From contig CAYVTI010000005.1 in the NCBI GenBank assembly GCA_964454545.1, forward strand, positions 106-64,105: DNA of 64,000 nucleotides, read 5' to 3'. The notes under the pieces are model-generated. The model was not told where the DNA came from. It worked only from the letters and a program-made list of their open reading frames with translations, and did not search any database. This document shows positions 38,066 to 48,048 of the stretch, piece after piece. The position numbers were made by a program, and so were the translations under genes. The DNA comes from an uncultured Rickettsiales bacterium. Lineage in GTDB: Bacteria; Pseudomonadota; Alphaproteobacteria; Rickettsiales; JABCZZ01. Position 1 is the first letter of the stretch; every line of letters starts with the position of its first letter.

Positions 38066-39487
38066 ATGAGCAAGCTCCTGACATTCGTTTCCATCCCGCA
38101 GGCGCTTCCTGACATCAGGCAGGCGGAGGAACGCAGGCGCGATTTCAGGGAAATTTACGGGCAATTCGAATCCAAAGCCGCCGCCGTGCAGGCTTCGCGC
38201 TGCTCGCAGTGCGGCGTGCCGTTCTGTCAGATCCACTGTCCGCTTTCCAACAACATTCCCGACTGGCTGAAGCTGACGGCGGAAGGGAGACTCGAAGAGG
38301 CCTATACGGTATCAAGCGCCACCAACACTTTTCCCGAAGTATGCGGTCGCATTTGCCCGCAGGATCGCTTGTGCGAAGGCAATTGCGTTATCGAGAAAGG
38401 ATTCGAGTCGGTCACGATTGGCGCGGTGGAGAAATACATCACCGAAACCGCCTTTGAAATGGGCTGGGTGAAGCCGCCAAAGCCTCTGCGCGAGAACGGC
38501 TTGTCGGTCGGCATCATCGGCGCAGGCCCTGCGGGGCTTGCTGCTGCTGACATCCTCCGGCGGCGCGGTTATGCCGTTACCGTCTATGATCGTCATGATC
38601 GCGTCGGCGGGATGCTGATATACGGCATTCCCAGCTTTAAGCTGGAGAAGCATATTATTGCGCGGCGGCAGGCGCTATTTGAAGAGGCGGGAATCATGTT
38701 CCATCTCAACTTTGCCGTGGGCAGAGACAGTGCGTTCTCCGATTTACGCGCCAGGCATGACGCGGTGCTCATCGCTACCGGCGTCTATAAAGCCCGCGAA
38801 ATTGACATACCCGACACATCACTTGCCGGAATCTTTCACGGGCTTGATTATCTCACTGCCAGCAACCGCGTCTGTCTGGGCGACAAAGTGGAAGAATATA
38901 AAAACGGCGCGTTGAACGCGAAGGGAAAGCATGTCATCGTTATCGGCGGCGGAGATACGGCGATGGACTGCGTGCGCACCGCCGTTCGTCAGGGAGCAAA
39001 AAAAGTCACCTGCCTCTACCGGCGCGACCGCGCCAATATGCCGGGCTCTGCACGCGAAGTGAAAAACGCTGAAGAAGAAGGCGTGGAATTCTTCTGGATG
39101 TCGGCCCCCAAAGCATTCGCAGGCACAGGCAAAATCGAAAAAATACTGGCGATCAAAATGCGTCTGGGTCCACCGGATGCAACGGGACGCCGTGCTCCTG
39201 TGCCGATTGAAAATTCGCAGTTCGCGCTCAAAGCCGACATGGTGATAAAGGCGCTTGGCTTTGACGCGGAAGATGTTCCCGCTGCTTTCGGCGCGCCGGA
39301 GCTGAAACTTTCAAAATATGGCACGATTGCCGTTGACAATGCCACGCAGATGACCTCGCTCCCCGGCGTGTTCGCCGCAGGCGATATTGTGCGCGGTGCA
39401 TCGCTCGTCGTCTGGGCGATCAAGGACGGCAGGGATGCGGCGGAAGGAATTGACGCCTGGATAAAGGCACAGCGGAGGGCGGCGTAA
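38066..39487 (+). CDS. gltD: Glutamate synthase (NADPH) small subunit
   Basis: 473 aa. Fe-S Cys clusters (CSQCGVPFC, CGRICPQDRLCEGNC) and two dinucleotide folds (IIGAGPAGLAAA, VIGGGDTAMDC). Confidence 0.95.
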   Translation: MSKLLTFVSIPQALPDIRQAEERRRDFREIYGQFESKAAAVQASRCSQCGVPFCQIHCPLSNNIPDWLKLTAEGRLEEAYTVSSATNTFPEVCGRICPQDRLCEGNCVIEKGFESVTIGAVEKYITETAFEMGWVKPPKPLRENGLSVGIIGAGPAGLAAADILRRRGYAVTVYDRHDRVGGMLIYGIPSFKLEKHIIARRQALFEEAGIMFHLNFAVGRDSAFSDLRARHDAVLIATGVYKAREIDIPDTSLAGIFHGLDYLTASNRVCLGDKVEEYKNGALNAKGKHVIVIGGGDTAMDCVRTAVRQGAKKVTCLYRRDRANMPGSAREVKNAEEEGVEFFWMSAPKAFAGTGKIEKILAIKMRLGPPDATGRRAPVPIENSQFALKADMVIKALGFDAEDVPAAFGAPELKLSKYGTIAVDNATQMTSLPGVFAAGDIVRGASLVVWAIKDGRDAAEGIDAWIKAQRRAA

Positions 39488-42400
39488 ATGTGGGGCAGTG
39501 ACTGGACAGAAAGAGCAGGGCATCTTGCTGAGCACGGCCTTTACGATCCGGCCAGCGAACATGATGCATGCGGGGTTGGCCTCATCGCGGCTATTGACGG
39601 CAAGCCACGGCGCGAAGTGGTTGAGGCAGGAATCAACGCGCTCAAGGCCGTCTATCACCGAGGTGCGATCGATGCGGACGGCAAGACCGGCGACGGCGCA
39701 GGCATCAACGTACAGATTCCCACGGGATTTTTTGCGGCGTATCTCGTGCGTATTGGTAAATCGCTGAAAAATGATCGCCTTGCGGTGGGCATGGTATTCC
39801 TGCCGCGCAAGAATATGAAGGCGCAGGAAGAATGCCGCAGCATCATTGAGGCGGAAGTGCTTCGATTCGGTTTCTCCATTTACGGTTGGCGACAGGTGCC
39901 GGTAAATCCCGGCATCATGGGCGAGGTGGCGGCGGACTCGCGCCCCGAGATCGAACAGATACTGATTTGCGGCGAGAACGGCATGCGGGAGACTGACTTC
40001 GAGCGCGGACTCTACTTCGTGCGCCGCCGCATCGAAAAAGCCGCGCGCGCGCAAGCCATCAATGATTTCTACATCTGCTCGCTTTCTGGCCGCTCTGTTA
40101 TTTACAAGGGGCTGTTCAAGGCTGAACAGCTGACAGAATTCTATCCCGACCTGCTTGATACGCGCTTTGCCTCCGCCTATGCCATTTTCCACCAGCGCTT
40201 CTCGACCAATACCGCCCCCGCCTGGCATCTGGCGCAGCCATTCCGCATACTTGCTCATAATGGCGAAATCAATACGTTGAAAGGCAATCTCAATTTCATG
40301 AAGAGCCATGAAGCGACAATGGCCTGTGCCGAATTTGAAGGATTGGAAGATGATTTGCGCCCCCTCATCCCGAGCAACACTTCTGACACCGGCGCACTCG
40401 ATGCCGTGATGGAAGTGCTGGCGCGCGCCGGCCGTCCATTGCCGCTCGCCAAGCTTATTCTTATTCCGCCGAGCTGGGCCTTCGCATCCGATATACCGCA
40501 ATCGCACAAGGACATGTTCAATTTCTGCAACTGCATCTCGGAAGCATGGGATGGTCCCGCAGCCATCGCCGCAACCGACGGCAAATGGGTGATCGCGGGC
40601 ATGGACAGGAATGGCCTTCGCCCCATGCGCTATGCGATCACTAATGACGGCATGCTGCTGGTCGGCTCCGAATCCGGCATGGTGCCGGTGGATGACGCAA
40701 AAGTATTAAAAAAAGGCCGCCTTGGGCCGGGTGATATTATTGGGGTTAATCTGGAGGAAGGCGCGCTCTATAATGACCGGGAACTGAAAGATATGCTCTC
40801 CGGCATGTATCCGTTCGCGCAATGGGTTAAAAATATCAGGCAACTCGACTCGCTGATTGCCGCGTCGCCTTCGGCTGCGCCAGGTCCGCATCTCAGTGAA
40901 GATTCCTTGCGCCGCATGCAGCAGGCCTGTGCGATCACGCAGGAAGATCTGGAACTGGTATTGCAGCCGATGGCGGAAACCGGAAAGGAAGGCGTCGGTT
41001 CCATGGGGGACGATACACCGCTTGCGATACTATCGAGAAAATATCGCGGGTTTCACCATTTCTTCCGCCAGAATTTCAGCCAGGTCACCAACCCGCCGAT
41101 TGATTCCCTGCGCGAGCGGCGCGTGATGAGTCTGAATACGCGCTTCGGCAATAACGGTAATTTTCTGGCTCTCGATGAATCACACAGCCATACGCTATTG
41201 CTGTCATCACCGGTAATTCTTGATCGTGAGCTGGCCACGCTCAAACAGCATTTCGCCGATAAAATTGCGGTCATTGATACTGTTTTTTCAGTCAGTGATT
41301 CAAAAAATGCGCTGCGCCGCGGCCTTGATCGCATCATCAGCCAAGCCAAAGATTCCATTGCAGCGGGACACCCCTACATCATCCTCACTGACGAAAAACG
41401 CGATGCGTGTCATGCCGGGATTCCCATGATCTTGGCCGTAGGGGCGTTGCATACGCATCTCGTGCATAAAAAACTGCGCAAAAGCGCTTCGATTATCGTT
41501 CGTTCAGCCGAATGCATGGACATGCATCATTTTGCCGTGCTGATTGGCGTGGGCGCAACCGTTGTCAACGCCTACCTCGCCGAAGAGGCTATTCTGCACC
41601 GTCACCGGCGCGGCCTCATGGACACACTCACCCCAGGGGAAGCGTTCGCCAACTTCAAGGAAGCCGCAGGCGCGGGAATACTCAAAATCATGTCCAAGAT
41701 GGGCATATCGGTCGTGAGCTCTTACCGCGGCGGCTGCAACTTCGAGGCTATCGGCCTGTCGCGCGCGCTGGCGAGCGAATTCTTCCTCGGCCTGCAATCG
41801 CGCATATCGGGATTGGGACTTGAAGGCATCGAAAACCGCGTGCGTGCTTTACATGAAGCCGCTTATGCAAGTGAAGATGCGCCGCCGCTTTCCATTGGCG
41901 GATTTTACCGCTACCGGGCGCACGAAGAAACCCATGCGTGGGAAGGCGAAGCGATTCATCTGCTGCAAAGCGCCTGCGCCAACGGCACTTATGCGCTCTA
42001 CAAAAAATTCGCTGAGAGAATCTATGCAGAACCGCCGGTCAATCTGCGCGATCTTCTGGATTTTAATTCTGACCGCAAGCCCGTTCAGGTTGATCAGGTG
42101 GAGTCGCTGACTGAGATCCGCAAGCGTTTTGTATCACCTGCCATGTCGCTCGGCGCGCTGTCGCCGGAAGCGCATGAGACACTGGCCATCGCCATGAACC
42201 GCATCGGTGCGATGTCAAATTGCGGCGAAGGCGGTGAAGGGTCAGAGCGTTACCAGCCACGCGCCAGCGGCGACAACGCCAATTCGCCGGTCAAGCAGGT
42301 GGCCTCAGCGCGTTTCGGCGTGACGGCAGAATATTTAAACAGCGCCGCTGAATTGCAAATCAAAATAGCGCAAGGCGCAAAACCCGGCGAAGGCGGACAA

Positions 42401-44011
42401 TTACCAGGTTTCAAAGTGACTGCCGAGATCGCGCGTCTCAGGCATTCGACGGAAGGCGTTACTCTTATCTCGCCGCCGCCGCATCATGATATCTACTCCA
42501 TCGAAGATCTGGCGCAGCTTATTTTTGATCTCAAGCAGAGCAATCCTACTGCGATTGTCTCCGTCAAACTCGTCGCGCAATCCGGTATCGGTACGATTGC
42601 AAGCGGCGTTGCCAAGGCAATGGCAGATAAGATTGTCATCGCAGGACACAGCGGCGGCACGGGGGCAAGTCCCTATTCCAGCATCAAGCATGCCGGCATT
42701 CCATGGGAAATGGGATTGTCGGAGGCGCATCAGGTGCTGACCCTCAACCGTCTGCGCCACCGCGTCAAGCTGCAAACCGACGGTTCGCTCAAGACCGGAC
42801 GCGACATCGTGATTGCCGCCATGCTGGGAGCGGAAGAGTTTGCGCTCGGTACGGCAGCGCTCGTGGCGATGGGCTGCCTGCTCGTGCGACAATGCCACAG
42901 TAATACCTGTCCGGTAGGCATTACCACGCAAAACCCTTTGCTACGCGCGAAATTTGAAGGCACCGTGGAAAAAGTCATCAACCTTTTCAGTTTCGTAGCA
43001 GAGGAAGTGCGCGAAATACTTGCCTCACTCGGCTATACATCACTTGATGAAATTACCGGCCGCACCGATCTGCTCACGCAGGTGAATTATGGCAGCGAGG
43101 ATCTGGTCGATCTCGATTTAAACCCGCTGCTTGCGCGTGCCGATCCCGAAATGCACACAAAAAGCTACAAGGATAAAATTCGCAACGAGGTTCCCGACAC
43201 GCTGGATGCGCAGATGGTTCAGGATGCGCATTGCGCGCTGGAGTACGGCGAGAAAATCCAGCTTGCCTATACGGTGCGCAATACGCATCGTGCTGTGGGG
43301 ACAAGACTCAGTTCCATGATGACGGAGCGTTATGACACCAGGATACTGCAGCCCGATCACATCACGCTCCGCCTGCGCGGTTCGGCGGGACAATCGCTTG
43401 GCGCATTTGCCGTGCGCGGCGTGAAAATCGAAGTGTTCGGCGATGCTAATGATTATGTCGGCAAAGGGCTTTCCGGCGGCATGATTACGGTGCGTCCCCG
43501 CCCTTCCAGCACACTTGCAACGCATGAAAACACCATCATAGGCAACACCGTGCTTTACGGGGCGACGGCGGGAAAGCTTTTCGCTGCCGGACAGGCGGGC
43601 GAGCGGTTCGCCGTGCGCAATTGCGGTGCGCATGTGGTCGTTGAAGGCTGTGGCTCGAACGGATGTGAATATATGACGGGCGGTATGACCGTCATTCTTG
43701 GCAAGGTTGGCGATAACTTCGCTGCCGGGATGACAGGCGGCATGGCATTCGTCTACGACGCGGAGGAACAGCTCGAACCGAGGGTCAATGCGGAAACTGT
43801 CCTCTTCCAGCGCGTCGCCTCCAGCTATTGGGAGGAGCAGCTGCGAACACTCATCGAAGAGCATGTGCGCGAAACCGGATCGCCGCGTGGTGAGGCAATA
43901 CTTTCCGGCTGGGAATGGGAGTTACCGAAGTTCTGGCAAATCTGCCCGAAGGAAATGGTAAGCCGTCTGGAACAGAATCTTTCCGACCGGAAAGTCCAGA
44001 AAACGGCGTAG
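39488..44011 (+). CDS. gltB: Glutamate synthase (NADPH) large subunit
   Basis: 1507 aa. N-terminal amidotransferase Cys (HDACGVG), FMN/3Fe-4S domain motifs and the C-terminal GXGXG beta-helix. The ATG directly follows the gltD stop. Confidence 0.95.
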   Translation: MWGSDWTERAGHLAEHGLYDPASEHDACGVGLIAAIDGKPRREVVEAGINALKAVYHRGAIDADGKTGDGAGINVQIPTGFFAAYLVRIGKSLKNDRLAVGMVFLPRKNMKAQEECRSIIEAEVLRFGFSIYGWRQVPVNPGIMGEVAADSRPEIEQILICGENGMRETDFERGLYFVRRRIEKAARAQAINDFYICSLSGRSVIYKGLFKAEQLTEFYPDLLDTRFASAYAIFHQRFSTNTAPAWHLAQPFRILAHNGEINTLKGNLNFMKSHEATMACAEFEGLEDDLRPLIPSNTSDTGALDAVMEVLARAGRPLPLAKLILIPPSWAFASDIPQSHKDMFNFCNCISEAWDGPAAIAATDGKWVIAGMDRNGLRPMRYAITNDGMLLVGSESGMVPVDDAKVLKKGRLGPGDIIGVNLEEGALYNDRELKDMLSGMYPFAQWVKNIRQLDSLIAASPSAAPGPHLSEDSLRRMQQACAITQEDLELVLQPMAETGKEGVGSMGDDTPLAILSRKYRGFHHFFRQNFSQVTNPPIDSLRERRVMSLNTRFGNNGNFLALDESHSHTLLLSSPVILDRELATLKQHFADKIAVIDTVFSVSDSKNALRRGLDRIISQAKDSIAAGHPYIILTDEKRDACHAGIPMILAVGALHTHLVHKKLRKSASIIVRSAECMDMHHFAVLIGVGATVVNAYLAEEAILHRHRRGLMDTLTPGEAFANFKEAAGAGILKIMSKMGISVVSSYRGGCNFEAIGLSRALASEFFLGLQSRISGLGLEGIENRVRALHEAAYASEDAPPLSIGGFYRYRAHEETHAWEGEAIHLLQSACANGTYALYKKFAERIYAEPPVNLRDLLDFNSDRKPVQVDQVESLTEIRKRFVSPAMSLGALSPEAHETLAIAMNRIGAMSNCGEGGEGSERYQPRASGDNANSPVKQVASARFGVTAEYLNSAAELQIKIAQGAKPGEGGQLPGFKVTAEIARLRHSTEGVTLISPPPHHDIYSIEDLAQLIFDLKQSNPTAIVSVKLVAQSGIGTIASGVAKAMADKIVIAGHSGGTGASPYSSIKHAGIPWEMGLSEAHQVLTLNRLRHRVKLQTDGSLKTGRDIVIAAMLGAEEFALGTAALVAMGCLLVRQCHSNTCPVGITTQNPLLRAKFEGTVEKVINLFSFVAEEVREILASLGYTSLDEITGRTDLLTQVNYGSEDLVDLDLNPLLARADPEMHTKSYKDKIRNEVPDTLDAQMVQDAHCALEYGEKIQLAYTVRNTHRAVGTRLSSMMTERYDTRILQPDHITLRLRGSAGQSLGAFAVRGVKIEVFGDANDYVGKGLSGGMITVRPRPSSTLATHENTIIGNTVLYGATAGKLFAAGQAGERFAVRNCGAHVVVEGCGSNGCEYMTGGMTVILGKVGDNFAAGMTGGMAFVYDAEEQLEPRVNAETVLFQRVASSYWEEQLRTLIEEHVRETGSPRGEAILSGWEWELPKFWQICPKEMVSRLEQNLSDRKVQKTA

Positions 44012-44088
44012 ATTCCCGGCACGAATTAGCTCATATAATGAATTATGTGGACTAAAAAACCTCGCGATATATTCTGTCTTCAGCAAAA

Positions 44089-46239
44089 GTGAACGAGCAT
44101 CATATGAACCGCAAGGCACGGCGTGCGCAGGGCAAGGAAGCAAGAACGGCGGAAACAATACAGCAGAAAAACGCGGTGATGCCATCCGTTCCTGTGGATG
44201 CCGCGCTGGATATACTGCTTAAGCAGGCAAACGCGCATTATACAGCCAAAAACTACGAAGAGGCATATAAGGCCTGCCTCACAATCCTCGATCGCTACCC
44301 TTACCAGGCAGGCACGCTCGCCCTCCTTGGCCTTATTTTTTCCGATACAGGCAAACCGGCGAAGGCGGAAGCATTTTTCAGGGAATCCCTCTCCCGCGAT
44401 CCTGACAACGTGCAGACGCTCCTGTACTACGGGTATGCGCTTGATCGCTGGGGGCAGATGGAGGAAGCCATCCGTTTTTACCGCAAGGTGCTTGCGCTTA
44501 GGCCCGATCACATCCCCGCCCATACTCACCTCGGGCTTATTCTGCAGAAAACAGGAAATTATCTCGAAGCCCTGCCGCATGTGCGCAAAATATTGGTACA
44601 CTCACCTGAAGTGGATCAGTGCTGGCTCAATTATGCGGCAGTGCTCAGGGCTGTATATCCTGCCCTGCAGCCAGCGCTTCTTGCAGAGGATGAGGCGTTG
44701 CATCCGCTGGTCACCCGATGCATATATCAGTCACAGGTGGCCAGAAACGGCATGGTGGTGGTGGGGCTTGAACTTGTCCTGCATACCGCCGCATTTTCAC
44801 ATCTCTTTGATTTAACAATACGGAATAATGGCACAGAGCTTGCGCAGGCTGTAAACGAAGGCACGTTTGCCCGGGTGCTTTGCACCCCTCTCATGGAAGC
44901 GCTGCTGACGCAGCATATCCTGATAAGTGAACGCATGGAGCGCGTGCTTGCTGCGGTGCGCCGGACGATATTATTTCTTACCTGCGAGCGCAGGCTTGGC
45001 GCAGAGGTGATAGCATCCCACCTGCCACTCATGAATGTGCTGGCGCAACAATGCTGCCTTAATGAATATGTGTACAATGAAACGCCTGAGGAAACGGTTG
45101 CCATAGAAACTCTGGCCAGGACACTGGATGAAATACCGTTCGACGACAAGCCGGGTCCACAGGCATGCTGGGATTTACTGGTTTACGCTTGCTACCGTCC
45201 GCTTACAATGCTTCAGCATGCGGGCAGGATCGAGGAAACCGTCCAGAAAAATGCCATCGCCATTCTGAAAGAAATAGTGGAGAGAGCCATTACCGCGCCA
45301 CGCTTTGAACTGCGCCTCAAGCGCGAGATACCTGCCCTGGATGGCGATGAGGGCGAAACCTCGCAGCAGGTGCAATCCATGTATGAAGCCAATCCTTACC
45401 CGCGCTGGCACGTGCTTGAAAAACGCCATTACCGGACATTACGCGATGTCATCCGTGCTGATCTTTCCAGCCTGTCGGAGGAAAAATTACCCCCTGCCAA
45501 TGATGCGCCGCAGGTGCTGATCGCGGGCTGCGGCACGGGAAAACAGGCGCTCTGGGCATCCCATTATACCCGCGCCGACGTGCTCGCGATCGATCTGAGC
45601 CGCAGCAGTCTTGCCTACGCGCTGCATAAGACCCGTGAGCTTGGCATACAGAACATCCACTACATGCAAGCGGATATCATGAATCTTGCGCAGCTTGGCC
45701 GGACCTTTGATGTGATTGAATGCACCGGCGTGCTGCATCACATGCAGGACCCTATGGCAGGGTGGCGCGTGCTCAACAGCCTGCTGGCCCCGGGCGGCAT
45801 GATGAAAATTGCTCTTTACAGCAGGCGGGGACGCCAGTCGATTACCGCTGCCAGGGCATATATTGCAGAGAGGGGCTATCCGCCAACCCTGGAAGGAATA
45901 CGGTCCTGCAGGCAGGACATCATGAACGGTGCACTGGGAAAATGGACGGAAGCGCTTTTGAATTTTACCGATTTCTACTCTGCATCGGAATGCCGTGATT
46001 TGCTTTTTCACATCGTGGAGCATATCTATACCCTGCCGCAGATCGGTGAAATGATCGATGCGCTCAGGCTTGAATTTCTTGGAATAAAACCGACAGGCGG
46101 CCAGTATTACACAAGAATTTATGAAGACATGTTTCCACAGGACAAAACGAAAATGTCCATCGCGCACTGGGATGCGCTGGAGCAAATATTCCCTATGGCA
46201 TTTAGCGGCATGTTCCAGTTCTGGGTGAAGAAGTCATAA
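44089..46239 (+). CDS. TPR-repeat protein fused to class I SAM-dependent methyltransferase
   Basis: 716 aa. N-terminal TPRs (YEEAYKACLTIL..., EAFFRESLSRDPDN, AIRFYRKVLALRPD). The C-terminal methyltransferase has motif I VLIAGCGTGKQ and a post-I DLS. ATG at 44104 is an alternative start. Confidence 0.7.
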   Translation: MNEHHMNRKARRAQGKEARTAETIQQKNAVMPSVPVDAALDILLKQANAHYTAKNYEEAYKACLTILDRYPYQAGTLALLGLIFSDTGKPAKAEAFFRESLSRDPDNVQTLLYYGYALDRWGQMEEAIRFYRKVLALRPDHIPAHTHLGLILQKTGNYLEALPHVRKILVHSPEVDQCWLNYAAVLRAVYPALQPALLAEDEALHPLVTRCIYQSQVARNGMVVVGLELVLHTAAFSHLFDLTIRNNGTELAQAVNEGTFARVLCTPLMEALLTQHILISERMERVLAAVRRTILFLTCERRLGAEVIASHLPLMNVLAQQCCLNEYVYNETPEETVAIETLARTLDEIPFDDKPGPQACWDLLVYACYRPLTMLQHAGRIEETVQKNAIAILKEIVERAITAPRFELRLKREIPALDGDEGETSQQVQSMYEANPYPRWHVLEKRHYRTLRDVIRADLSSLSEEKLPPANDAPQVLIAGCGTGKQALWASHYTRADVLAIDLSRSSLAYALHKTRELGIQNIHYMQADIMNLAQLGRTFDVIECTGVLHHMQDPMAGWRVLNSLLAPGGMMKIALYSRRGRQSITAARAYIAERGYPPTLEGIRSCRQDIMNGALGKWTEALLNFTDFYSASECRDLLFHIVEHIYTLPQIGEMIDALRLEFLGIKPTGGQYYTRIYEDMFPQDKTKMSIAHWDALEQIFPMAFSGMFQFWVKKS

Positions 46240-46297
46240 ACAATCCTTGCGCCGGGCTGTTCTTTTCACTCAGGAAATTCGCTCCGGTTTTACACCC

Positions 46298-46633
46298 TCA
46301 AACCATGGATGTCATATCAGACAACAGCATCGGCAATATGAACAGAAGGCCCGCCACCAATATTCTATGAATCAGGCTTAGCTCCACGGGATGCGCTTTG
46401 GCCTTATCAATCAATTCCCTTCTTTTCACGATATACAGCATGACAGGAATAAGGCCAACATAAGTGAAGGAAGCAAGCGTAGCCCATCCTCCTGCCGTCA
46501 TGTTAAAAAAACTTTTCTCTCCTTCTATTTTACCTATCTTATGATGGGTTGCGTCAAAATAGATACCCAAACCTATGACAAGAAAAATCCAGTCCGTAAT
46601 CTCGCTTCCATTCAGCATACATTCACTCCGCAA
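46298..46633 (-). CDS. Small membrane protein (hypothetical)
   Basis: 111 aa with three hydrophobic segments. No family recognised. Confidence 0.45.
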   Translation of the reverse strand: MRSECMLNGSEITDWIFLVIGLGIYFDATHHKIGKIEGEKSFFNMTAGGWATLASFTYVGLIPVMLYIVKRRELIDKAKAHPVELSLIHRILVAGLLFILPMLLSDMTSMV

Positions 46634-46830
46634 TGCATCGCAACAGTATGATGACCTTTATGGAAACGTCAAGCCGCGCAAACACGGGACAATAATAAAC
46701 ATAATATATTCAGCAGTTTATATTTATCGATATTTTTCCATAGCGCTTTTTGTCATCAAATTGTCATTTTGAATGCGGCAAAAGCCATGTCATAATGGGC
46801 ATAGCTTGAACCACTTGCATCGCATCCCTT

Positions 46831-47874
46831 ATGAGCAAAATCACACCGCCTGAAACCGCCCCCGAAAAAGACAGCGCAGAAGGAAAAGAAGCGCACAAGG
46901 GCGGATTCGTGCAAACCCTGCGGGATAAGAGCCTGAGAATCGCCGGCGCCAGTTTTCTGGTGGCCGACTCATCACTAATCGCCTATGGCTACAAGGTGGG
47001 TGAAGGCAAAATCGCGTCCGCCGGTATCATGGGACTCACAGCCGGGTTCGTGGGCACACGTTACGGCAACCCCAAGGCCGAGAAGCAGCTGGAACAGATC
47101 TACCACCGTCTCGGATCGTACCTGCGCAAGCAGGGAGTTGAGATTCCTGAAAACCCCTCCACGGAAACGCTCGCTAAAAAAGGAGGACTCCTCGATCATA
47201 TCCAGTCTTTCCTTTATTCTCATCCTTCGCAGGTCATGAACGTATTTTACGGCCTGATCGGCCTGCAGTTCGCCCGTTCTGCAATAGAACATAAGAAAAA
47301 ATCACTTTTTGCCTCCGGCTGCCTCCTGATGAGCGGCGCGCTCGGGGGTATCCTGATAGAAGAAAAAAAGCCCGATCCCAAGCATCCGCCCGAAGGCGCG
47401 GTTCAGAAAGCCTTAAGCTGGGTGCAGGAAAAACCGCTGCGCCTCACCGGCGCGCTGTTCAATGCCAACCAGGCTTTCCTTGCACTCGATGCGCTGGGCG
47501 AGCGACGTAAGAACCCGGCAGATCACAGCTATCTGCTGAAGCTGCTGGCCGTAACCGCTTTCACGTTCGGCAATACGATGGTAGCGCTCTCTTCCAAGTC
47601 GGAAGGCGGCGGCAAGTTAGATAATAAATCCTTGAGCAATCTGGCGGAAACTTCCGCCCGCGTCATCGCCGCACAGAAACCGGAAATGCAACAGGCGCTG
47701 CTTGAACATGTCGCCGGATTCCTTGCTTCGGATCCGCGCCTGCGGATGAACGCCGAGCAGATAAGCAAAATGCTGCACGAAAAAATAGAGGCAATCAAGC
47801 AGGCGCCGCTTCCCAAGGACTGGCAGGAACGTGTCAGCAACGGCCAGAATACAGAGGCAAAGCCTACGCGTTAG
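46831..47874 (+). CDS. Membrane protein of unknown function, paralog of the 63184-64000 gene
   Basis: 347 aa. It shares WVQEKPLRLTG, FGN..VALSSKSEGGG and a C-terminal helical region with the ORF at the right edge of the window. Confidence 0.6.
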   Translation: MSKITPPETAPEKDSAEGKEAHKGGFVQTLRDKSLRIAGASFLVADSSLIAYGYKVGEGKIASAGIMGLTAGFVGTRYGNPKAEKQLEQIYHRLGSYLRKQGVEIPENPSTETLAKKGGLLDHIQSFLYSHPSQVMNVFYGLIGLQFARSAIEHKKKSLFASGCLLMSGALGGILIEEKKPDPKHPPEGAVQKALSWVQEKPLRLTGALFNANQAFLALDALGERRKNPADHSYLLKLLAVTAFTFGNTMVALSSKSEGGGKLDNKSLSNLAETSARVIAAQKPEMQQALLEHVAGFLASDPRLRMNAEQISKMLHEKIEAIKQAPLPKDWQERVSNGQNTEAKPTR

Positions 47875-47900
47875 AAATAGCAATTGAAATTCTTATCATC

Positions 47901-47922
47901 GTCATCCCGTTACCGGGATGAC
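47901..47922. repeat. Short perfect hairpin GTCATCCCG-TTAC-CGGGATGAC
   Basis: A 9-bp stem 27 nt after the stop of the 46831-47874 gene. No U-tract follows it. It shares the GTCAT...ATGAC ends with the larger palindromic elements. Confidence 0.35.
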
Positions 47923-48048
47923 AAGAGGGATATTGTAAACGGACACTGTTAAGATTTATTAATTGAGCCATTGCGTTCTGCATAAATTGCGATTATTTTT
48001 CTAAAGTCCGATGATGATTGCTTATGTGATTATTCCTGAAAGGTGGCT

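Noticed and set aside
39311-40507. 398-aa minus-strand ORF across the gltD/gltB junction (similar ones at 42401-42931 and 43118-43864)
   Set aside because: Antisense to glutamate synthase genes that are identified beyond doubt.
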